DNA of 53,977 nt, counting the filler, from Dimargaris cristalligena (taxonomy: Eukaryota), in assembly GCA_003614675.1 (NCBI GenBank). It is 2 parts of 2 records of this genome, joined end to end, with 100 filler letters (N's around TTAATTAATTAA, not from the genome) between each part and the next. Parts side by side here need not be neighbours in the genome. Positions count along the whole stretch, not along the records: positions 1 to 26,940 come from ML002530.1; 1 more part is not named here. One strand, 5' to 3'. The notes beneath the pieces were generated by a model that saw only the letters and a list, made by a program, of their open reading frames with translations, was not told the origin of the DNA and did no database searches. Below are positions 1 through 9,929 of this stretch, piece after piece. Position 1 is the stretch's first letter. Every line of letters begins with the position of its first letter. The translations under genes and the position numbers were made by a program.

Positions 1-400
1 AAATAGCTTTCTCTTTTTCCCTTCTATAGTTTTACATTGAGTCTATTGGTTACCCGAGTATTACCTATCCTTTGTGATGACTAATACTATTGTCTGGGAA
101 CTCCCCTCCCTTTCCCTCTACTTAGTTATCCAATGTTCTGGGATCTTCTCTCCCTTTCTCTATTGTTCATCTATCTTTTCATTTAGGCTTCCCCTTTTGA
201 ATATAAATACTCCCACTTGCTGCCACCTCTTGGAACAGTAAGTCTATTATTATCTTTCCCTTCTTACTATCTTTTTTTTTTCAAATAAAGTTCAGTTTTC
301 AAGGATTTGATTTCAGTTCTTTATACCAGGGTTTCTAGTTAGCCAATAACCTGGTTGTTGTGGTTTTGAGCTATGTCACTGCTAGACATGGGTGGTATCA
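1..400 (+). mobile_element. Possible degenerate LTR-like repeat fragment (CpG-depleted)
   Basis: Imperfect tandem duplication (ctgggaactcccctccctttccctcta / ctgggatcttctctccctttctcta, ~95-160), TATAAATA at ~203, AATAAA at ~284 and TGGTATCA (PBS-iMet-like) at 393-400. Almost no CpG. No second copy in the window. Confidence 0.25.
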
Positions 401-520
401 TGTTAGTCTCAGTAGGACTGTGTTCAGTTGTTAGTATAGATGTAATAATATTTTTATCTTTTTAACCTATGCTCCTTTACCTTTAATCTACAATTAATCT
501 TGAATAATTGACCCAAAATA

Positions 521-1646
521 CATGTATATAAAATAGCCAATTTTGTTCTAGCTGTAATTTACCTAGCCTGTTCCTCTGAAGAATTCAATCATGGATTTAA
601 CCCAAATGACTATATAAACTATTCTTATGATCCTCGGGCTAGTTGAGGTGACACAGCTGCTAGTATACTCCTAGGATCCCATGCTATGGATAGGCCATTA
701 TTGGAGACCATTAATCAAATAGGACAATTCATTAACCAGTTCAAACAGACCATATGTGGGAGTGACATCATGGGACTCCTCCAAATAGAACCTGCCCTCA
801 ACATAGATTATCTTAGCAAGCAGCCCACACTAAATGAACACCTTCCCCACTCAGTGGGGGACATGGATGATCCAATTGACATATGCAGTGAGGAATACAG
901 TTACACTTTAGACCCAGTTCCATTTAATGATCCATCAGGTATGGATTGGGATCACACCACAGTAATTATAGTGGTATCTAAGGGCAGTCAGCCCCAGCAG
1001 CAGGTAGGGGAAGCAGTGGAATTCAAATCCAACAGCCTCCAATAGCCTCCATCCCCAACAACCTGGGTCTGCAGGGTCTGTTTAACATACCAAATGCTTA
1101 GCATTGCCCAACAAGAGGAAACCATCCACCAGAAATCAACATGAACACTTGATAACAGCCCAGAGGCAGCCCTGAACTGAAGTCAATTACCCTATTGAAA
1201 TGAATCCTTATCCCTATACTAAGTGTAACTATGTGTATTCCAATTGCAAATCACTCAAGGCACATATGTGATTACACACTGGGGAGAGGCTTCATCCCTG
1301 CAAGTATTATGAGAAATCTTTTTTATCTGCCAGCTCTCTTTAGAAACATATACTAATATACACCAGTGAGAAGCCATATCCCTATCAGGATTGCCCAAAA
1401 AAATTTGCATGGAAACACACTCTCAATGATCATATCTGAACACATACCAGGGAGAAGCTGTTTCCCTGCCATATTTGTACTAAATTGGTTTCTCACAAAA
1501 CCACTCTCACTGCCCATATCATGACACACACTGGGGAGATGTGTTTTATATGTGAAAATTGCCAGAAAGTGTATTTGCAGCAGGCTGACCTGGATAAACA
1601 TGAAAAGCCACTATGGAGACTGGTTAATCACTTGGGATTTATGTAA
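521..1646 (+). pseudogene. Degenerate tandem C2H2 zinc-finger gene (5 fingers with TGEKP-like linkers) and a low-complexity N-terminal part
   Basis: Frame from 1200 reads MNPYPYTKCNYVYSNCKSLKAHM*LHTGERLHPCKYYEKSFLSASSL*KHILIYTSEKPYPYQDCPKKFAWKHTLNDHI*THTREKLFPCHICTKLVSHKTTLTAHIMTHTGEMCFICENCQKVYLQQADLDKHEK. In-frame stops at 1269, 1341 and 1437. ORF 686-1045 is in another frame and is probably the frameshifted N-terminal part. The 5' boundary is uncertain. Confidence 0.8.
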
Positions 1647-2672
1647 ACATTTATTTGTGAAACATACCAGCATAAACCTTTGTTAGAAAACTTACAATTG
1701 TAGAAATTCCCTAAAAATTTGAATTTGATAAAAGTCTTTATAGATGCCATACCCATCTTAACCAAATATCTTAAAATAATTTGGTCATAATTGTTGGAAA
1801 TATAGATTGAATGGTAAACGCAAGTACCTTCAGATACAACTGAAAAGATTCAAAGAAGAGAGAAAGAACCGCAAGGGGCATAGCTAGATGCCTGCAGTTG
1901 GTTTTATTATATCGGAAATAGCAGTAATAATGATAAAAATGTTGTTCCGAGTATAGGATGATATGATCATAGATAGAGAATAGTCCCGGGTATTAGGATG
2001 GACCAATCAGAGTAAAGGATTCGGAGGGGCGGGAGAAATGAATTTCCAATAATAATTAGTTGGCTAAGTCCAGCAACTGTAAATAATGCGGACCACCAAC
2101 CACACCCTATATTGAATATGGTATATTCCTTTGGAAGTACACAGACCCATACCATACCTTGACTGAAAAATATACAACACCAATTATCAAGGTGTGTCGC
2201 TCTTTCCTGGCAATGTCACCAACAACTACCTCAGATCTCGACAATACTTATAGAGTGATATATATTAACATTCCGGATTGGAGATTAACAACTTACTATA
2301 GTGCTTCGCTAAATCATCCACGTCCCATTCACAACCAATTGCACCCGATTTGGATACCCCCACTATTAACATTCCTAAGTTTATGCATTAGCTTCACTTC
2401 AAAAAGAAAAATACAAAATTGCCATGCTGAAATATAGAGCATACAGGAGAGATAAGTACTCGAGTAAAAAGGAGGGAAATCATCAACTCGAAAGGGCAAG
2501 CGCGCAAAAACAAAGGCCAGACGTAGCACACGCCTTGGCCGCCCCCCGTATTCCAGCTATCCGGAAAACGTGCCATTAAATCAGCCGTACATCTGCTAAT
2601 GAAGGGGGTGGGGGTGGCTGAGGGGTTGGAATGCGCAAGGCAAGATATAATAATAAGCCGCACTCACGAATA

Positions 2673-4624
2673 TTACTCTTTACCGTCCTCCGACTCCCCG
2701 GCACTTTCGTACTCCTCGTCGTATTCTTCCGGTACATCACTCTCTTCGCTGGCCACCTGGAAGTCTTCATCGGGACTTTCATCATCGTCGTCTTCCCCGA
2801 AATCGGCCTGCCCAAAACTAGCCGTGGCGGCCATACTCGTTTTACGCCGTTTTTGCCCGTAATCACCGCCCGCATCCGAATCGTCGAGGTCGGATAAGGC
2901 ATCGAGGTTACTTAAATCGGCGTAGCCAGAATTACCGTCGGGTAACTCGTTCTTCATTTTGATCTTCTTTTCCCGCAAATATTGTTCCAAAACGTTGTAC
3001 TCCTCTTTGGGTATGCTGGAGAACTGGTAGTCGGTCCCTGAAAGCATGTTGAATTTCATGTCGAACGTCCGGGAAGGCCCGGCGGCGGTGGCGGCGCCTA
3101 CGCGGGAGAAGTGGACACTGCCGATTTCCGAGTGAGGGATAAACGTGGGTGGTTTGGGAATGAATAAGAAACATTTCTGGAGAGGGTAAATATAACCCTC
3201 GTTGGCCTTGAGCGAACATTTGAGGGCGGCAGTCTGGTGCAGGGAGTTAAATCCGCCCGTAACGGCTACGTTGCGACCCGTCAGGCCGCGGAATACCGAC
3301 GAAACCACCTGATAGGTAGGGTCGCTGTAGGACTTCTGCAGTTTGCCAGCGTACTTCTCCTTCAGCGTGGCCTCGTCCAGGTTGAGCTCAATATCCATCT
3401 CCTCGTCCTTGATGAACTGGAAGACCAAAAACGGGTAGCGCGTTTGACCCTGCCGGATAGGCGGGTCGAGTCCCAACACGAACACCATATGGAGATCGTC
3501 GGGCTTACTCAGCAGGAATAGCTTAATGACCGACTCGTAACTGATCTTGTAATCGTAAGTCTTGCCACGCAACCGCAGGAAACTGGGGAACATGTCGATA
3601 TCGTACCGCCCCCGGGGAGTAAGGCAGAGAATTTCTTGGAAGAGAGCGATACTCTCGCCCGTGACTTGACCCAAGTCGGCCTTGTTCTTGACCATGTCGT
3701 AGAAAACGTTGGCGGCATTTTGGGTCTCTTCCGCGTCTTCCTCCTCTTCGTCGCTGGCGTTGCTGTCTTTATCGGCCTCGACCGGCAAGTCACCTTCAGT
3801 GCCGCTGGTTTCCATGCGGGCAGCCTTGGTTGAAGTGGTCGTACCGGGAATGTAAAAACGCATCTCAACCAGTTCGTCAACCCGGGTACCCTTGGCCCGA
3901 CCCGCATCGGCCTGGTTCAGGCGGTCGGGGGGTAGGAATTCCAGGCTGACCTCGCTTTTGCCGGCTAGATTAGTATTGGCTACATCGCCCAGGGGTACTT
4001 CGAAGATGGTTTTGGTTCCGGCATTAAAGGTCAGATAGTTGCCCTGGAATTCGGTTTTGCCCCAGTTGCCCCCCTTCAGGCTGAGTTCGCGGGTTTCGAG
4101 GGTGATCCGATACAGAGACCGGATAACATGTTTGACGGAATCGAAATCCTGGAAACGGGAGACGTGGTGTGTGTAGTTTAGAGTGATGGGACAAGTAGCC
4201 AAGCGGGTTAATCATACTGGGTGGAACTAGAAATACGACCCAATTATCCCCCTACACAGCGCCGAAACAATAGACAGGACTAGCGTGGAGCAGGGGTGGG
4301 GTAACATTGGAGGGAAGGCGTATATAACGAAAACAAGGGCAATGAGACCATACCGCTGGGATATGGGGTACCTACCTCTCTGGGGAAATTGTCCAGCTTC
4401 TGCCAAGCTCCGTTCTTGAGAATAAACTTGAGGCGATACTGGCGGGCAACCCGCATCCACTGGACGCGCTTGATGTCATTGGCGGCAATGGTAATTACCT
4501 GGCCAGTCTTGCTATTTTTCCAGCCGACACCCTGTTTGGCAAATTTAAGAATGCCGGGGGTGGTATTGTACGCGTCGGGCGTGGCCAAGAAAATAGGCTC
4601 GTAGCTCGTTGGGACTTCCTCCAT
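2673..4624 (-). CDS. POB3: FACT complex subunit Pob3/SSRP1; exons 4624-4376 and 4148-2673 (~574 aa)
   Basis: Typical SSRP1 motifs (KGGNWG, ELVEMRFYIPG, LTPRGRYDIDMF, LRLRGKTYDYKI, LDPPIRQGQTRYPFLVFQF, KANEGYIYPL) and an acidic tail with no HMG box, as in fungal Pob3. GT-AG intron 4375-4149 joins the exons in frame (phase 0). Confidence 0.95.
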
Positions 4625-5821
4625 GGTATATGGCGGAAATGGATCAGTGAAGGAAAGTAATTAAGTAGTATTTGGGAGAGCAAAGGGGGGATTACCGACA
4701 CATGGGCCTTTCCTACTCTTTTTGGTGGTTTTCCCTGAACGATTGTTTTGTATTTGAATTTTCCCGCCAACTGGGCGATATTTAATTTAACCCGATTAAA
4801 TAATCCCACCTGAAATCTGTGTAAACATACAAAAGTAGTTTAGCCCAGCTAAGTTCAGGGAAAACCAATACAGTGATGGAGCTCTTCAGATCACATGACC
4901 TATGAGCAATCGGGGGGTATCATAAAGTGGGTAAGTAGTAGGGAAGAAAGGTCGTGGATAAATACATACAATTCCTTAACTGAACACACCGGTAGTAAAA
5001 GCACCTGTCGCCACTTCATATTCGAGAAATATGCTTAATAGTTAGCTAGATCACTGGAAAGAGTATTTACCCAATTCAGGTATCTAATAGTAACCTTTAA
5101 GCGCCGACTACGGATCATCGGTACCCTTCCCTACAGCGACACCAATCAAACAATGATAGTAATTGATCTTTCGGATAATATGGCTAATATGGTTAATAAG
5201 ATCAAAAATGATATACGTTTACTAGCATATTGACAATGTTCGATAGTATGGCATGGTTGTAAATCCATTGCATGTGTCCACTAACACCAATTCATCCAAC
5301 GGACCGGTAAACCATAGTGTCTGTCCAGTACGCTGTATCGCCATGGGCAGCGTTTATAGAACGATCTACATAATCCAGTGCAAATATTTATGTTTCTGGC
5401 ATTATCACTAGTATGCTCTTGGCGGTGGACTTCAAGTGTAAAGGCGGAGTATATTCCAGATAATTTGACGACAGATCCCTTTACATTTATTTTTCATACG
5501 GCTTACCTACGAGCACGGTGCATCCTCGATAATAGTATAGCACGTCTCCTCGCTTCAAAAAAAGAAATCAAATTATTCGCATTGCCTTTTCACTTCATTT
5601 TATTATACTACATGAGCTTTGAGGTCGAGTAAGGGTCCAAGACGACCCCTATTACCTTGCTAGCTGAATTCTGCTGAACTGGGATGGATTCACCAACTAT
5701 AGCGAAGCCAATGAAGCGGTGTGTAGCTAAGGGGATGGGTTAATTCCGGAGCCTTCCTTTTCCCTGGGTGGCGCTCGCGGCTTTAAATGTACACTGGCGA
5801 GCGATACCGTGAGGTGGCTAC

Positions 5822-7126
5822 TTAAACACGGGGGCGGCACTTGGGAAGAGTAGTGGCTGGGGAGGAACGGGTCGGGGGAGTGGAGACAGTGACGGCATCA
5901 GTCGAGATTGGGGCCGACCGAGACTCGCCGTTGGCCTGGTGGATGGCCGAGATGAGCTCGCCATTGTCTTGACTGAGCTCCCAAACCATAACACCGCCCA
6001 GTTGCTGCTGACGAGCATAGTCCACCTTGATGCGAAGGGAAGTCGGATCATCGTAAGAGATGAAGTTCTTGGTCTGCTCGTTGAATAACCACGGGGTTTG
6101 GCTTTTGGTATCCCAGTTGCGAGTCCAGCCGGCACCGGTAGTGTTGCCGTTGGCCAGGATACCCTCGGACCGCAGATTCTTGTACTTCCACACGGTCGAG
6201 AACTGGGCGGGATCCTTATTACAGGGGCCTTGCCAAACAGCGTCATCCTTGTCGCCCTTGACGGCCTGTTTGACCTGGGTGGTGTAGATGTCGGAACTAG
6301 TCATGGCACCCGAGGCGAGCATAGTGCGGCCGTACATGGCAAGACCGGCCACGAGTTTGTTAGGTGGGAACCCAGCAGCCAGCCAGTCAGTAATGGACTG
6401 GACATATGAGAAGGTGTTCTTTATGCCGTCGCTCTCAAAGGGGGCGTTGGGGCCGGTAGTGGCGGCCCAGGAGCCGAAAATATCGTAGGCCATGATGTTG
6501 ATGAAGTCCAGGTATTGGACGTACTCCTTGAGGTCGGTAGACGGCACCCCATTGATGTCGAAGGGCTGGACACGAACGGCCATGGTAATCAACTTTTGGC
6601 CTTCACCGAACTTTTTGTCCAGGGCCGCACGCAGCTCCTGGAGAAGGAGGAGAAGGTTGGGGGTGTCGTTGGCCTTGTCGACGATGTTACACTCGGAACC
6701 AGTGCGTCCGGGGAATTCCCAGTCCAGATCGATACCGTCAAGTTTGTAAGTATCGACGAGTTGCACCATATTGGAGATGGCCGCGGCACGGGTAGTTTTT
6801 TGGGAGGCCATGGGGGAGAAGTAGACGGATCCAGTCCAGCCACCGACGGAGAATATGACCTTGACGTCCTTTTGGTGGGCAGCAGTTACGACCTGGCTCA
6901 GGAGGGTGGCCGTGTCGAACTTGATCTGCTGGCTAGCGTCCAGCACAGCGAAGGCATAGTTGAGATGGGTTAGTTTGTCGAAGGGGATGCTCTGAACCGG
7001 CAGAGCGGTGCTGGTCCAGTCGGCGTAGTAGCCGACCACTTTGCCGCCGTAACCTTCGGAGCGGGCGGGGTTAGCTAGGGCCATCAAGGCCAGTCCGGCG
7101 AAGTAAGCAGCACGACGGAAAATCAT
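5822..7126 (-). CDS. Secreted GH18 chitinase (434 aa, intronless)
   Basis: Signal peptide (MIFRRAAYFAGLALMALANPARS), VVGYYADW, THLNYAFA, SVGGW, catalytic LDGIDLDWEFP (DxxDxDxE), FINIMAYD, ISYDD, LGGVMVWELSQD, S/T/P-rich tail. Confidence 0.95.
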   Translation of the reverse strand: MIFRRAAYFAGLALMALANPARSEGYGGKVVGYYADWTSTALPVQSIPFDKLTHLNYAFAVLDASQQIKFDTATLLSQVVTAAHQKDVKVIFSVGGWTGSVYFSPMASQKTTRAAAISNMVQLVDTYKLDGIDLDWEFPGRTGSECNIVDKANDTPNLLLLLQELRAALDKKFGEGQKLITMAVRVQPFDINGVPSTDLKEYVQYLDFINIMAYDIFGSWAATTGPNAPFESDGIKNTFSYVQSITDWLAAGFPPNKLVAGLAMYGRTMLASGAMTSSDIYTTQVKQAVKGDKDDAVWQGPCNKDPAQFSTVWKYKNLRSEGILANGNTTGAGWTRNWDTKSQTPWLFNEQTKNFISYDDPTSLRIKVDYARQQQLGGVMVWELSQDNGELISAIHQANGESRSAPISTDAVTVSTPPTRSSPATTLPKCRPRV

Positions 7127-7320
7127 GGCTATTTTTTTTTGATAAGGGGGATAAGAGAGAACGTAAAAATGATACCGAACTAGGAAATGGTAAACGCGCC
7201 AGGCGAATATGAGACGAGATGAGCGATATGCAGAGAAGACAACGGGGAGTGCCGCAACAGCGAGAGTGAGAGAATGAATCGTGATGGAATGATCTGTAAT
7301 CGAGCAGGGAAGGAGCGGGT

Positions 7321-7330
7321 GTATTTATAC
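7321..7330 (-). promoter_or_regulatory. Putative TATA box of the chitinase gene
   Basis: GTATAAATAC on the minus strand ~200 bp upstream of the ATG. Confidence 0.35.
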
Positions 7331-9929
7331 CAGATGATAAGTAAGGGAAGACCACCACATACACACGCCCTTCACTTCCCGATGGACGGCAAGAGAATTG
7401 GAAGGATGGGGGGGTTCAAGATGGCTACCAGTTGATGCGTAGAAGGTTTGCCAACGCTCGGGGTGGTTGTATGCTGTATGCTAATATTAAAATAATGATG
7501 AAAATAAGGAATGGTCAGCATACAGCCACTGGAAGGAAAGGCCCAAGTCGGTGGAAAGAACAGCCTCGGACGAGCCTGCCCGGTGACCCTGGCCCTTCGT
7601 TTGTACGCAACCTTGGTGGAACCGTCCCGCGAAGGCACTAGGGCTCTTGCATTATTTAGGCGACGCTTTGTTTCAACTGAGGCCCCTGCCCTTGTTGACC
7701 AACGCCTCGCAACCAAGGCTCCTGGATATCCGCTTTTGTTAGTATACTACTGGTGCAGGGGGAAAAGGCCGCAGGCGCCGTCCCCCTGGCTCGTATATCC
7801 TGGGCTTAGCCATGGCCCCTACTTCAAATAATAGTGGCAATCTGGACCAAGGTATGGTGAATCCTTCTGAACTTCCCAAAAATCGATGGTTCTCTTTGAA
7901 TTCCCGGGGGCCTCCTTCATTCATCATTGGGAGATCCCACTGGATCCTGAATCACCGGTAGTAGCCCCACAATGAATATTGGGTTTTTTATCCCAGTGGA
8001 ATCCAAGCCTCGTCAATTCAGGCACACCCGTAGGGAAAGGCTTATACTACTGGACAGGCGGCATATTCTTCTATATCCGGCCAATCGATCTTCACCATGG
8101 CAATGCCCCGATTCCTTCGGATTGCGGGATATAATTACCAATTTCCCGTTCATGAAGCTTCGTGGTTCGCAATGCGGGCGCCTTCACAGACCATCCCCCC
8201 CTCCCTTTTTTAAGGGCCATCTGCGTGGTAATCGAGCCGGGGGATTATACGTGACCGATTGCGCTAGTCATGCGGGCAAATCACCGCCCCCTGCTCTGTA
8301 CGCGCTGTCTCCCTTGATCCAAGGTGGATGTGTGTGGTACATTGGCCGGGACGGTTGTGCACCAGAGGCGGGAGTGGTGCTACCTTCGAGCCTAGATTTA
8401 TCCCCCTGCTTTCAGGTTTGGTGAGTAATCTGCGCTTTAGATTTCGACCCCCCTTGTAAAAAGTGGAAGACCAATTTGGTTTTAGTTAAGCCACGCTGGA
8501 TCTTTAACGCTATTACTACTGCCGCCCTACGCACAAGACTATGGACCGCTCCATTCTCTAAACCCCCCTTGTCTTGTGCACCCCCCCACGAGCCAGGCCA
8601 CCCCAGGGGACATGGGGGGGTTGGTTTAGTGCACGCAACAGAGGTTCTCGCTTCAAGACTCGGTTAAATATTTTGGCGTTTGTTGTTTAAATATTGTGAA
8701 TGTGCTTTTGAGTGCATTTGAAGGTTGGGCTTTCCTTTTTGTGCTTTAAATAAGCTGCCATTGCAAGATCTAGTGCTGGGGCGTGGCGTGGAGCCATTCG
8801 ACAATTTTAACCAATCCCATGGGCAGGCCCAATACTCAATTTTTTAAAAATCTGTCAGTGTGTCGGAAAACTTTAGTTGGCTAAGCAGGAACCATTCTCA
8901 CAACCAACAGTACCGAACTGCCCCTGGGAAGCGCCTGTTTGTACATGATGAATGGTGGCGGTTAATTTCAACTCGGACGGTACCTAAAAGATCGTACCAG
9001 TATTATGTCTATTCTTATATTCTTGACCTTCGCCTCAAACCCACATTCCACCTGTATTATTGCGGACCCTCTCCCTTCAAAATAGATATGTATCGGGGCT
9101 TCGTTTAAGCCCGATTCCGCCAATTGAGGATCGCCAGTGTATTCGAAGGTATACCATTACGCCCCGTAACCAGAATTGTCTGACCCACAGCGTAGAGCAA
9201 ATGAACTACTCCGCAAACCCACCAAGCTCATAGATGAGTGTTCCACTATTCTACAGTAACCAATGCAAGGTGGTAAAAACTATGCGTATAGCCCGGCTAA
9301 TGCATTAAAATACCGTGTCCCAGTTCGCATAGAGTCAGTGAATCTATTCTATACTATACCTATGCAACTGAGGGGAGTTGACGAAGGGACTAGATTGATG
9401 AATATGACATCATTACCGTACCTGTTAAATCACCCACAGACAGGAGTGTAAATCGAACCCTCCATTTCTATACACCTCAGTGCCCAGGAAACCCTCTAAC
9501 CCTAACCACCGAGTGCTTATTAATCGCCCCTTCAGTGGCGGTCGTAAACCGAAGCCCAGAAGACCCTGCAACGAACAGCGCCCGACAAATACCTGATAAT
9601 ATTACCCGCCGTCAAAGGAATACGTGCAAGGGAAGAAGGGATCTTCCGCCTCTATACCATGCCAACCCCGACGAAAAGCTTGGTTTGGCCCAGACACCAC
9701 CTACTTGGTCTATGCACATTTCTGTAGACTCTCTGAGGCCCTGAATCCCCCCCCTCCCACCTCCTTCACCAGCCCTATCCCTCGGTCCCATTCTATGCAT
9801 GTGGTTGGTCCAGTTAACTTTATCCATTTCCTAGTCCTAGTCCACTTGTCTTCTCCTGACTCTCTTTGATTGACACCCTCCCATTCTCCCTATTCTTTAC
9901 CCCAAGGCACCATTCCCACCTCCGCGTGT

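Noticed and set aside
9490..9508. Telomere-like AACCCTCTAACCCTAACC upstream of UFD2
   Set aside because: Only about two units; cannot be distinguished from chance or a simple promoter motif.
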